Below, one piece after another: positions 19,510 to 28,769 of a DNA stretch of 64,000 nucleotides. Position numbers and translations under genes: made by a program. The notes under the pieces are model-generated. The model was not told where the DNA came from. It ran no database searches and was given only the letters and a program-made list of their open reading frames with translations. Source of the stretch: an uncultured Gammaproteobacteria bacterium. Lineage in GTDB: Bacteria > Patescibacteriota > Patescibacteriia > UBA1558 > 2-01-FULL-52-15. Position 1 is the first letter of the stretch; every line of letters starts with the position of its first letter. Location: NCBI GenBank assembly GCA_964422585.1, contig CAYRBH010000002.1:13428-77427 (forward strand), given 5' to 3'.

Positions 19510-20292
19510 TTATTCAAACATTCTATTCGTCCCGACGATAACCTTGAGTTTCCCAGGCGCTATTTCTACATCAGCAGGTGTTTTTAATATGATCTGCTCG
19601 TCAGTAAGGATGGATACAACATCCTCCCCTGTTGCCTGGATGCGTATCTTCGTGAAAGGCAACACGGTTGGTTGCAATTCTTTTTTTGAAAGCCAGCCGC
19701 CCTGTATCGGGGTGATAATAGCTTCTAGTCTGCCATCCATTGGGTTTGAACGGATCGGACCGCCATAGGAGCCTACATTGCAGATACGAACCGTGTTTAA
19801 CTCGGTGAGAGGCGCCAGCGAATAACCATTGCATGTTATCTGAACCTTCGCATTTGTTATTTCCGCGGCATTCAAGAAATAATAATTGTTGATTCTTCCC
19901 AGATCGAGTTTTTTCACGATGCGTCCCGCGATTACGTCGCAGGCCAATTCTTTTGGGGGAATACCCAAGACGCGAGCGATCCGACTCGAATTGTCTGAAG
20001 GAATGAGTCCGAGTGTTACATCGAGCGGCGCTATGGTATTGATAATTTTTGCAAACGTTTGATCATCGCCAACCGCAACAATCGTCGTAACGCCTCGCTT
20101 CACAGCATCGGTCACCACTTCTTTGATATTCTTCAAAATGGTCAGTCGAACTATTTTTCCATTGATACCAAGATCAGTACAACGACGCTCGACATTCGTG
20201 AGGAATGAGCTGTATTTTTGATGACTCAGCAATGAGTCATAGATGTAGAGATACATAGCAGGTAGAAGAAGAGCTGCCGCAGAGAGCAGCAA
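19510..20292 (-). CDS. Diacylglycerol-kinase catalytic-domain lipid kinase (YegS/BmrU-like)
   Basis: GGDGT-like motif (AVGDDQT) and an N-terminal TM segment. 260 aa. Confidence 0.55.
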   Translation of the reverse strand: MLLSAAALLLPAMYLYIYDSLLSHQKYSSFLTNVERRCTDLGINGKIVRLTILKNIKEVVTDAVKRGVTTIVAVGDDQTFAKIINTIAPLDVTLGLIPSDNSSRIARVLGIPPKELACDVIAGRIVKKLDLGRINNYYFLNAAEITNAKVQITCNGYSLAPLTELNTVRICNVGSYGGPIRSNPMDGRLEAIITPIQGGWLSKKELQPTVLPFTKIRIQATGEDVVSILTDEQIILKTPADVEIAPGKLKVIVGTNRMFE

Positions 20293-20299
20293 TCAGTAA

Positions 20300-20731
20300 T
20301 TAAGCCTTGCTCTTCTCAGTATGCTCTTCTGTGGACGGGCGCTCAGCCGCGGTACCTTCTTTAGCCATCTTTTCTTTGCTCATATTGACCTTACCATTCA
20401 GGACTGCGCCCTCTTCTATTCCTATTGCCTGAGTTTTGACATCGCCCTGAATAACAGCTGTTCCCGCGAGCTTGAGTAATCCAGATATATTCAAATTTCC
20501 CTTCACCTTTCCTGCGATTTGAGCATTTTTTGCCCTAATCTCAGCCTCAATAAGAGCCTGTTGACCAATACGAACATCCCCTTTTGTGGCTAAAGTCCCG
20601 ACTAAAATACCCTCAATAACAACATCGCCATCACCAGAGAAATTACCTTCCATTTTTACCGAAGGTCCTATAAATGTTTCTGTAGCAGCGCCCTGCGAGC
20701 CCTCCCGTGGATTATTGCTAAACATAGCCAT
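20300..20731 (-). CDS. Bactofilin-family cytoskeletal protein
   Basis: Repetitive beta-helical G-x-V-x-G-x-I/V pattern typical of the bactofilin domain (DUF583). Confidence 0.7.
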   Translation of the reverse strand: MAMFSNNPREGSQGAATETFIGPSVKMEGNFSGDGDVVIEGILVGTLATKGDVRIGQQALIEAEIRAKNAQIAGKVKGNLNISGLLKLAGTAVIQGDVKTQAIGIEEGAVLNGKVNMSKEKMAKEGTAAERPSTEEHTEKSKA

Positions 20732-20983
20732 AGTTTTTCAGGTTAACATTAAGTTTTAACGCTTGAATAGTAGTTAGTTTCTAGGTAAATGTCAAAACTA
20801 ATTCCTTTAGATAGACAAAAAAATAGCCCTCATATACTATTGTAATGCTTTTTAGTTGACTCAGGGTCAATGTATGTAGGTATGATTTATTTTATGACGC
20901 ATTTAATTAGCTAATATAAAATAAATATCTATATTTAATTTTAATAAATCCTTTGGAATGTTCCACAAGGAACAAAAACATAA

Positions 20984-21058
20984 GCCCTTGTAGCTCAACG
21001 GATAGAGCAAATCCGTCCTAAGGATGAGATGGGGGTTCAATTCCCTCCAGGGGCACCA
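20984..21058 (+). tRNA. tRNA-Arg (anticodon CCT), CCA encoded
   Basis: Manual cloverleaf: acceptor GCCCTTG/CAGGGGC, anticodon loop GUCCUAA, T-loop TTCAATT, 3' ACCA. Confidence 0.8.
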
Positions 21059-21165
21059 GCTATACTTTGGATATATTAAAAAAAAGTTCCTCGCGGAACA
21101 TGCTATATAGTTTGAAAGCCCGATCCGCTGATGCGTTTCGGGCTTTCAGTGTTCTTGCCTAGTTC

Positions 21166-21480
21166 TCATTGTTCGCCGTTTTCTTTCGGGACCACCATTC
21201 GGTAGCAGAGGACGACGAAGGCCTTTGCCAGGTCCCAGAAAACAGCGAGGAGTACCATGGCAAAGAAGCCTAGGATGATCGTCATGCTCGGCAGGGCGCC
21301 GAAGATGACTCCGACTGCCTGCGGGGAAAGGGGCTGATGCGACCCGTACTTCTGCAGAAGGGCTGAGGGGCCTTTCGCAAGAATGATGAGCAAGGCCGGG
21401 TAAGCGATGAGCAGAAACGAGAAGACGATAAAGCCCATCACCACCTTTCTGAACAAAGAAGCCTTCTTCTTTTCGGGCAT
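21166..21480 (-). CDS. Small membrane protein, hypothetical
   Basis: 104 aa with 3 predicted TM segments. A terminator hairpin lies downstream at ~21118-21150. Confidence 0.4.
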   Translation of the reverse strand: MPEKKKASLFRKVVMGFIVFSFLLIAYPALLIILAKGPSALLQKYGSHQPLSPQAVGVIFGALPSMTIILGFFAMVLLAVFWDLAKAFVVLCYRMVVPKENGEQ

Positions 21481-21599
21481 GACTTAGACTCCTAAGAGGA
21501 GGGTTAACTGCAGTTTGAAGAGCTTAATATATAATATTAACATTTAATAAAGTATTTGTCAATAGCTATAAATAGTAGGATCATTTGACTTATTGATCT

Positions 21600-21627
21600 A
21601 TATACTCTATACTGGTATATAGTATAT
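21600..21627. promoter_or_regulatory. Near-perfect 13-bp inverted repeat (candidate operator) at the csoR-like start
   Basis: ATATACTCTATAC tg GTATATAGTATAT has 12 of 13 arm positions complementary. It overlaps the ATG at 21626. Confidence 0.4.
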
Positions 21628-21874
21628 GAAATGTGATAATAAACAGTTTTTAGACAGAACACATAGAATAGCTGGGCAAATTGCCGCCCTTGAGACTATG
21701 TATGATGATAAACGAACTGCCCAGGACATAGTTCAGCAGATCGTTGCCGTACGTTCATCACTCTCATCTTTAGCAAAACTAGTAGTTGAGGCAGAGGTGA
21801 AAGGTTGTCTGCCGTCAGATCAGTCATCGGCGCCTGTTGCTCAATTGGTTGATACTTTGTTTAAGATCTCTTAG
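21626..21874 (+). CDS. CsoR/RcnR/FrmR-family (DUF156) transcriptional repressor
   Basis: RIAGQIAAL...LAKLVVE helix pattern of the DUF156 family. 82 aa. Confidence 0.5.
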   Translation: MKCDNKQFLDRTHRIAGQIAALETMYDDKRTAQDIVQQIVAVRSSLSSLAKLVVEAEVKGCLPSDQSSAPVAQLVDTLFKIS

Positions 21875-21935
21875 AACTTGCCATAGAGATAGAGCTTAAC
21901 TATAATTGAAACCTATTAATTAACTTTTCAAATAT

Positions 21936-22265
21936 ATGGCCGTCGAATTTACTGATAGTAATTTTGCAACCGAAGTAGAGCAGTCTAAAGGGGTTGTGTT
22001 GATAGATTTTTGGGCGCCATGGTGTGGCCCCTGTAAGATGCAGGGACCGATTGTTGAAGATATTGCGAAAGAATTCGCTGGCAAGCCACAGGTGAAGATT
22101 GGCAAGACCAATGTGGATGAGAATCCGAATCTTTCACAGCAGTTTCAGGTGTTCAGCATTCCTACGATCATTATTTTCAAAGATGGTAAACCAGTTGATC
22201 AGGCAATCGGATTGCAATCGAAGGCTTCTATTTTAAGTAAGCTGAATCGTCAGGTCGGAGTCTAG
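21936..22265 (+). CDS. trxA: Thioredoxin
   Basis: WAPWCGPCK active-site motif. 109 aa. Confidence 0.9.
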   Translation: MAVEFTDSNFATEVEQSKGVVLIDFWAPWCGPCKMQGPIVEDIAKEFAGKPQVKIGKTNVDENPNLSQQFQVFSIPTIIIFKDGKPVDQAIGLQSKASILSKLNRQVGV

Positions 22266-22375
22266 TCATATGTACGATCTCATCATCATCGGCGCCCTGC
22301 ATCACTCACTTCGTTCGGACGCGGCGCCTGTAACCTTCTCATCGGGCAGAAAGTTAATCTGTAAGTAACAAAGTA

Positions 22376-23302
22376 ATGCAGGATTTAATAATCATAGGGG
22401 GCGGAGCAGCAGGCCTTGGCGCAGGGTTATATGCCGCACGTTTTAAATTAAGTGTGTCCATCATCGCGAAAGAATTTGGTGGCACAGGCAACATCGCGCA
22501 CCTAGTCGACAATTGGATCGGCGATCCAGGTGTCGGCGGCTATGATTTGATGCAGAAATTTATCAAGCATGTCGAGCAGTATCAAGTACCGATGATTCAG
22601 TCGACGATTATGTCTGTTGAAAAAACATCTGGCGGTTACGCAGTGGTTCTTGAGGATGGAGCACGTCACGAAGCTAAGGCAATACTTTTTGCCAATGGTA
22701 TGCAACATAAAAAATTGGGTGTGCCTGGTGAAGAAGAGTATGCGGGCAGAGGAGTGCACTATTGTTATACTTGCGATGGGCCTTTGTATAAAAATAAAGT
22801 GTTAGCGGTTGCCGGAGGTTCTGATTCCGCGGCGCTTGGGACACTGTTTCTCGCGGAATACGGCTCGAAGCTCTATACCATTTTTCGTAAAGACACGATG
22901 ACTGCTGAGCCTATTTCAGTCGAGAAAGTTTCGAAACATGAAAAAGTAGAATTAATTCCTAGGGCGAATATTGTCGAGATTATCGGCGATGGCAACCATG
23001 TGAAGCAATTGAAGCTCGATACTGGTCGTGTGATAAATCTTGACGGACTATTTATTGAGATCGGGCATTTACCATTGTCTGAACTTGCGAAAAAACTCGG
23101 CGTTGCGACGAATGATCATGGGTATATTATCGTTGATCGTAAGCAGGCGACGAATCTTGCCGGCGTCTATGCAGCAGGAGACATAACCAACGCAACAGAA
23201 TTGAAGCAGTTTATTACCTCCGCAGCAGAAGGCTCTATCGCGGCACAAAGTGTCTATCATTGGATACAAGGCATGGGTGAAACGCATGCAAATGTACAGT
23301 AA
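22376..23302 (+). CDS. trxB: Thioredoxin-disulfide reductase
   Basis: FAD motif GGGAAGLGAGLYAAR, redox-active CYTCDG and NAD(P) motif VAGGSDSA. 308 aa. Confidence 0.85.
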   Translation: MQDLIIIGGGAAGLGAGLYAARFKLSVSIIAKEFGGTGNIAHLVDNWIGDPGVGGYDLMQKFIKHVEQYQVPMIQSTIMSVEKTSGGYAVVLEDGARHEAKAILFANGMQHKKLGVPGEEEYAGRGVHYCYTCDGPLYKNKVLAVAGGSDSAALGTLFLAEYGSKLYTIFRKDTMTAEPISVEKVSKHEKVELIPRANIVEIIGDGNHVKQLKLDTGRVINLDGLFIEIGHLPLSELAKKLGVATNDHGYIIVDRKQATNLAGVYAAGDITNATELKQFITSAAEGSIAAQSVYHWIQGMGETHANVQ

Positions 23303-23469
23303 TCGAGGCGCCGTAATCCGTACTGTTCTAACGTTGAATGAGTGCCGAGGGGCAAACGTTGAAAGCCGCTCGCGGAGCGCCGGGGCTTGAGACGTGTGCC
23401 CCGAAGGCAAGCAGACTTGAGACTCTTTACCTTCATGTAAGCTCATGACCAGAATGACCAAGACAGTAT

Positions 23470-24192
23470 ATGAAAGCAACAGTTAAAAAAGTAATTCAAG
23501 AAACGCCACGAGTGTATAGTGTGGTTATCGAGCTAGAGCAACCGGTATCCATCAAAACGGGGCAGTGTATGCGCTGGGAAGCGATGCTGCCTGATAAAAA
23601 AGGCGGCAGGCTATTTTCTATGGCTAATGCCGGTGGCGACGCTATCCGCGAAATGATGTTTACGTTCCGCATCATGCCTGAAGGTATGGTTTCCTCCTGT
23701 GTCCCGGCACTGAAGTCAGGAGATACAGTGCAGGTATCGGGGCCATTTGGGAAATTTATTTTCGATGATACTGATACGAGAGATATTGTGTTAATTGCTG
23801 GCGGCACTGGGATTTCAGTTCTTCGGGCGATTTATGATCACGTGCTCACCAAAGGAATGAAGAATGCCGTGCATTTGCTCTTCAGTGTGTTGAATGAAAA
23901 AGAGATTATCTACCAAAAAGAACTAGAGGAATTACCAAAGCAGTATCCGCAATTTACGACAACCATTCTTTATACTGAAGCGCCGCCTGAACTGAAAGTA
24001 CATAGGGGACTTGTGAGCGAGTTTTTATTCGACGAAGAGTTTGCCGGCAAAGATTACCAACAAGTATTTTATATTTGCGGACCGCCGCCATTTATCGATG
24101 CTGCAGAAAAGATTTTGAAAGAAAAAGGCGTGACTGAAGACAGGATTCGTATCGATCGATGGAAATTCTACGCGCCGACATTGATGAAGTAA
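23470..24192 (+). CDS. FAD/NAD(P)-binding oxidoreductase of the ferredoxin-NADP reductase family
   Basis: RxFS-type FAD motif (RLFSMA) and GGTGIS NAD-binding motif. No Fe-S Cys cluster. Confidence 0.55.
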   Translation: MKATVKKVIQETPRVYSVVIELEQPVSIKTGQCMRWEAMLPDKKGGRLFSMANAGGDAIREMMFTFRIMPEGMVSSCVPALKSGDTVQVSGPFGKFIFDDTDTRDIVLIAGGTGISVLRAIYDHVLTKGMKNAVHLLFSVLNEKEIIYQKELEELPKQYPQFTTTILYTEAPPELKVHRGLVSEFLFDEEFAGKDYQQVFYICGPPPFIDAAEKILKEKGVTEDRIRIDRWKFYAPTLMK

Positions 24193-24196
24193 TACT

Positions 24197-24832
24197 ATGA
24201 CCATTAAAAAAATAGGCCACAGCTGTATCGTGGTTGAGACAAAGGGTGTTCGATTTCTTTTTGACCCTGGTGTTTTCAGTAAAGAGCAAAACGAGCTGAC
24301 TGGTCTTGATGCGGTTATTATCACGCATGTTCATGCGGATCATTATGATGTTGATTCGATTAAACAAATTCGAATTAAAAACCCCAATGCGATTTTTGTG
24401 ACAAATCACGAGGTTGGCGCTTTGCTCACTGAGCTTGGTATTCCATTTGAACAAATCGAGGATGGCGGATCAATGACTCTTAAAAATATTTCCATTGAAG
24501 CATATGGTAGTAAACATGAATTCATTTATCAGGGAGTTCCAGAGGTGATCAATACGGGCTATGTGCTTGATGGAACATTGTATCATCCTGGAGATGCGTA
24601 TCATGTATTGAAAAATTCAGCTCCTGTGCTTGCGTTACCGGTCACGGCTCCATGGGGTACGCTGCGAAACACCATTGATTATGCAAAAACATTCAAGCCA
24701 AAAGTTTGCTTTCCAGTCCACGACGCAACGCTGAAAGAACCGGGTCTCTATCACCGTTTGCCAAAACAATTTCTTGAACCGGCTGGTATTGACTTTAAGC
24801 CTTTGTGGAGCAATCAAGAATTTACTGTGTAA
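24197..24832 (+). CDS. MBL-fold metallo-hydrolase
   Basis: HxHxDH motif (ITHVHADHYD). 211 aa. Confidence 0.65.
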   Translation: MTIKKIGHSCIVVETKGVRFLFDPGVFSKEQNELTGLDAVIITHVHADHYDVDSIKQIRIKNPNAIFVTNHEVGALLTELGIPFEQIEDGGSMTLKNISIEAYGSKHEFIYQGVPEVINTGYVLDGTLYHPGDAYHVLKNSAPVLALPVTAPWGTLRNTIDYAKTFKPKVCFPVHDATLKEPGLYHRLPKQFLEPAGIDFKPLWSNQEFTV

Positions 24833-24834
24833 CC

Positions 24835-26055
24835 ATGAACGCTTTTGAATCAGCCATGCAGCAGCTATCGCGCGCCGCAAAGATCGCGAAAGTCGATGAG
24901 AAAGTTATTACTCGCTTGCAGCAACCAGAGCGACATATCGAGGCTGCCATCCCAGTGACGTTAGATTCTGGCGAAGAAAAAATATTCACCGGATTTCGGG
25001 TGCAATATAATTCAGCGCGTGGGCCCTATAAAGGTGGTATTCGTTTTCATCCGAACGTTGATCTGAACGAGGTGAAAGCACTTGGATTCTGGATGTCGAT
25101 CAAATGCGCGGTTGCAGATATTCCTTTGGGCGGAGGCAAAGGCGGCGTCATCGTTGATCCGAAAAAGTTGTCTGAAGGAGAAATAGAGAGATTAGCACGA
25201 GCCTTCGTAAAGGCTTTTCACCATGTATTAGGACCTCAGATCGATGTGCCTGCGCCAGATGTCTATACCACACCGCAGATCATGGCATGGATGGCAGATG
25301 AGTATGTACGATTGACCGGCGATCCGAAAGGCATCGCGACATTCACCGGTAAACCTATCGATACTGGAGGCTCATTGGGTCGCGGTAACTCGACAGCGCA
25401 AGGGGGGTACTATGTGCTTGAGGCATTCGCTCAAAAACAGCATGTTCCACAAGGAGCAATGATAGCGATCCAGGGTTTTGGTAATGCAGGCAAGCATATG
25501 GCAGCGCTTGCGAGTGAAGCGGGCTACAAAGTTGTCGCAGTTTCAGATTCATCGGGTGGCATCTATGATCCGAAGGGCTTGGATATACCGAAACTTGCGG
25601 GGCATAAGGATGCGACTGGCTCGGTGCAAGATTTCAATGACCTGAAGCATATCTCGCAGGAAGATCTATTGAAGCTCGAAGTCGATATCTTGATACCAGC
25701 TGCTTTGGAAGACCAGATCACCGCCGAGAATGCTGATCATATTAGAGCAAGATATATACTCGAACTTGCTAATGGCCCGATAGCATCTGAAGCGGATCAA
25801 ATATTGTTCAAGAAAGGCATCGTCGTGATCCCCGATGTACTTGCTAATTCTGGCGGCGTGATTGTTTCTTGTTTTGAATGGCAACAGAACTTAGCTGGTG
25901 AGAAATGGACTGAGGAGAAAGTGCAGGAGGAATTGCGAAAACATATTGTCCCGGCCTTTGAGGCGATCTATGAACGCGCTCAAGTAGAAAAGGTTGATCT
26001 GCGGACCGCGGCGTTCGCGATCGCGATTGAGAGGATTGCACACGCGATGCGTTAG
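24835..26055 (+). CDS. gdh: Glutamate dehydrogenase (Glu/Leu/Phe/Val dehydrogenase family)
   Basis: GGGKGG motif (IPLGGGKGGV) and NAD Rossmann GFGNAG. Start chosen at the in-frame ATG 24835 (MNAFESAM...) rather than the track start 24805, which overlaps the upstream gene. Confidence 0.85.
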   Translation: MNAFESAMQQLSRAAKIAKVDEKVITRLQQPERHIEAAIPVTLDSGEEKIFTGFRVQYNSARGPYKGGIRFHPNVDLNEVKALGFWMSIKCAVADIPLGGGKGGVIVDPKKLSEGEIERLARAFVKAFHHVLGPQIDVPAPDVYTTPQIMAWMADEYVRLTGDPKGIATFTGKPIDTGGSLGRGNSTAQGGYYVLEAFAQKQHVPQGAMIAIQGFGNAGKHMAALASEAGYKVVAVSDSSGGIYDPKGLDIPKLAGHKDATGSVQDFNDLKHISQEDLLKLEVDILIPAALEDQITAENADHIRARYILELANGPIASEADQILFKKGIVVIPDVLANSGGVIVSCFEWQQNLAGEKWTEEKVQEELRKHIVPAFEAIYERAQVEKVDLRTAAFAIAIERIAHAMR

Positions 26056-26099
26056 AGTTTTACTGTTGCGCATTCTTTATTTTTAACTATACTTGCTGC

Positions 26100-27512
26100 A
26101 TGCAGATAACCTTTTATGGCGCAGCAGGCGCAGTCACCGGCTCAAAACATCTCATTACCACGGATGATGGAGTGAGGCTGCTGCTTGACTGTGGTTTACA
26201 TCAAGGCAAGCGGCATGAAGCCGATGCCTTGAATCGGGAGTTTCCTTTCGACGCCAAAGCACTTACTGCGGTCATGCTATCTCATGCGCATGCGGACCAT
26301 TGCGGCATGCTTCCGATGCTGAAGATGGCTGGGTATCAAGGCTCGATCTATACCACATCGACAACAGCAGACCTGGCTCGCCTTATCATGCTGGATTCTG
26401 CTAAATTGCAGCTGCATGATTTTCAGTATATGCAGGAGAATCCTGTGGGTGGCGAAGCGCCGATACCACCTCTTTATTCAGTCGATGATGTCGAAGCGGT
26501 CAGCGCTGATTTCAAAACAATCGAATGTTCTCGCGGGAGTGACATATGGTTCAACTTCAATCCGCAGACCCGCGTGAAGCTCTATGATGCAGGCCATATC
26601 TTGGGCTCAGCTATCACTGTTATTGAAAACACTGTTGCCGGTATGACCAAGAGGATCGCATTCACCGGCGATCTCGGGAATACGAATGTCCCCTTGCTTC
26701 GTGAGCCAGAAGTCCCGACCGAAGAGATAGAAACCTTACTCATCGAATGTACCTATGGTGATAAGCTGCACCGGCCTATGAGCGAGGTCGATTTGCATCT
26801 GAAAGAAATTATCACTGACGCGGTCAAGAACAAGCGAAAGATCATCGTGCCGGCATTTGCGCTCGGCCGCACGCAGGAACTACTCTATACCTTACATAAA
26901 CTCTATGATGCTGGAGAAATACCGGTGATACCTATCTATGTGGATAGTCCGCTTGGTAATGAGATCACGGAGGTATTCATGAAGCATACCGAGGACTATG
27001 ATCAGGAGACATGGACAGATTTCGGCAGCAAGCATGAATCGCCATTCGCCTTCACCAATCTGATGACGATACGCACCACCGAAGAGTCAAAAGCGCTCAA
27101 TACGAAGCCGGGGCCGTTTATGGTGATCGCTTCGTCAGGGATGTGCGAAGGAGGTAAAGTGCTGCATCATCTGGAACACAATGTATCGAACCCAGACTCG
27201 GTTATCATATTGACCGGTTTCCAAGCTGAAAATACTCTGGGGAGGAAATTGCAGGAAGGTGTGTCGCCGGTTATGATCTACGATCGAGCATATGCTGTGC
27301 GGGCTCGCGTGATAACGGTCAGTGAGTTCAGCGCGCATGCGGATCAGCAAGGGCTCTATGATTTCGTCTCGAAGATCAAAGGGCTTAAGAGAGTGTTTCT
27401 GGTACACACAGAAATGCCGCAAGCAGCGGCATTCTCCGCAGTATTGAACGAGCGGATGCCTGCGCTGCAGGTCGTGACGCCGAAAGCAGGGGAGAGCTTT
27501 GATATAGAGTGA
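26100..27512 (+). CDS. MBL-fold beta-CASP ribonuclease (CPSF/RNase J-like)
   Basis: HAHADHCG motif with an N-terminal MBL domain. 470 aa with a beta-CASP-like C-terminal region. Confidence 0.7.
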   Translation: MQITFYGAAGAVTGSKHLITTDDGVRLLLDCGLHQGKRHEADALNREFPFDAKALTAVMLSHAHADHCGMLPMLKMAGYQGSIYTTSTTADLARLIMLDSAKLQLHDFQYMQENPVGGEAPIPPLYSVDDVEAVSADFKTIECSRGSDIWFNFNPQTRVKLYDAGHILGSAITVIENTVAGMTKRIAFTGDLGNTNVPLLREPEVPTEEIETLLIECTYGDKLHRPMSEVDLHLKEIITDAVKNKRKIIVPAFALGRTQELLYTLHKLYDAGEIPVIPIYVDSPLGNEITEVFMKHTEDYDQETWTDFGSKHESPFAFTNLMTIRTTEESKALNTKPGPFMVIASSGMCEGGKVLHHLEHNVSNPDSVIILTGFQAENTLGRKLQEGVSPVMIYDRAYAVRARVITVSEFSAHADQQGLYDFVSKIKGLKRVFLVHTEMPQAAAFSAVLNERMPALQVVTPKAGESFDIE

Positions 27513-27561
27513 CCTGTGCAGCTGGCCGCTGTTTTGGTAGGATATCTCTACTGTAGAGAGT

Positions 27562-28392
27562 ATGAAAAAAGAAGTAAGCGGAATAGAACCACGACCACAA
27601 GAAAGCCCAGAACACGCTCCGATGGGCATGGAGGAGCTGCCACCAGAGGCTGCGCAAGCACAGGCTCGAGTCTTGAACATAGAGCATGATCGAGAGGCGC
27701 AACAGCCGTACTTTGTTGATTATTTGGATCCCGAGATTCCCCTCGAGGAGAGACTTGCTACGGCTTTTGGCGAGCTGCAGATTAGCCAAGAGCAGCAGGA
27801 TAAAATCTTAGCGTATTTGAAGCTCCTCGAGTTGAAGCATACAGAAACATTCTATCACTCTATCCGAGTCGGCCTTGCGGCCCGAGGCATTGCCAAGCAT
27901 TTGAACATGGATGAGAAGGCACTTTTGTATGCCGGCCTATTGCATGATATTGGCAAAAGCATGGTGCCTCTGTCCACCTTAAGTAAAACAGAGGGCTGGA
28001 CCGCTGATGATACGGCCGCTATGGATGAGCATGTCCTGAAGAGCTATGAGCTCTTGCGGGATACCTTTGATTTTTCCGCTGAGATTGTGAAGCTGCATCA
28101 TCGCTTTCAATCACGGCCATACCCGGAGAAAGTGCCAGAGCCGCTGCATCCCTATACTGATGACACAAAGAAGAAAATAGAGAGCGGCGGACGTATGCTC
28201 GCTCTGGCTGACGTGTATGACGCATTGCACCGCATCAACGAGAAGTTCGGTGGCAGGGAGGCGTTCTCAGGAGACAAGGTGAAGGAACAGATGCTGCAGA
28301 TGAACCCTGATCAAACTGAGCTTGTGGAAGAGCTCTATGACGCCGGGATCTTTACCACAGCGACATTCCCAAGAACAGAAAGTTCGCAGTAA
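27562..28392 (+). CDS. HD-domain phosphohydrolase with degenerate HD-GYP-like motif
   Basis: H...HD motif (YHS...LLHDIGK). Downstream HHRFQSRPYP resembles a degenerate HHExxDGxGYP. Confidence 0.55.
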   Translation: MKKEVSGIEPRPQESPEHAPMGMEELPPEAAQAQARVLNIEHDREAQQPYFVDYLDPEIPLEERLATAFGELQISQEQQDKILAYLKLLELKHTETFYHSIRVGLAARGIAKHLNMDEKALLYAGLLHDIGKSMVPLSTLSKTEGWTADDTAAMDEHVLKSYELLRDTFDFSAEIVKLHHRFQSRPYPEKVPEPLHPYTDDTKKKIESGGRMLALADVYDALHRINEKFGGREAFSGDKVKEQMLQMNPDQTELVEELYDAGIFTTATFPRTESSQ

Positions 28393-28459
28393 GAGCGATG
28401 ACATTTACTTTACCAGGAGCTACTGATACAATGGCTTTGTTAAAAGGTACTAAGGTACT

Positions 28460-28681
28460 ATGGCGTATAAAGTAACAGTTGATAAAGATTTGTGCACGAG
28501 TATTGCATCCTGCGTTGCTATCGCTACCAATACGTTCGAATTAGATAAGGATGGATTCTCGACCGTCAAGAAACAGAATGGCGATTCTGATGAGTTGATC
28601 TTGCAGGCAGCGAAGAATTGCCCGACGAATGCCATTTTGGTTTATGATGAAACAGGGAAAAAGATCTGGCCTGAGGAGTAG
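28460..28681 (+). CDS. Small single-cluster ferredoxin
   Basis: 73 aa. Cys pattern C-x5-C ... CP resembles archaeal/Thermotoga-type 3Fe/4Fe ferredoxins. Confidence 0.55.
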   Translation: MAYKVTVDKDLCTSIASCVAIATNTFELDKDGFSTVKKQNGDSDELILQAAKNCPTNAILVYDETGKKIWPEE

Positions 28682-28699
28682 TAGATGCTGACCAGCGCA

Positions 28700-28738
28700 G
28701 CCCCGCCTCAGGCAACCGGCTGAGGCGGGGCTGCTTTT
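28700..28738 (+). terminator. Rho-independent terminator after ferredoxin
   Basis: 12-bp stem GCCCCGCCTCAG...CTGAGGCGGGGC followed by TTTT. Confidence 0.6.
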
Positions 28739-28769
28739 CATTTTCCCTTCATTTCGCTACGCTGAAGCA

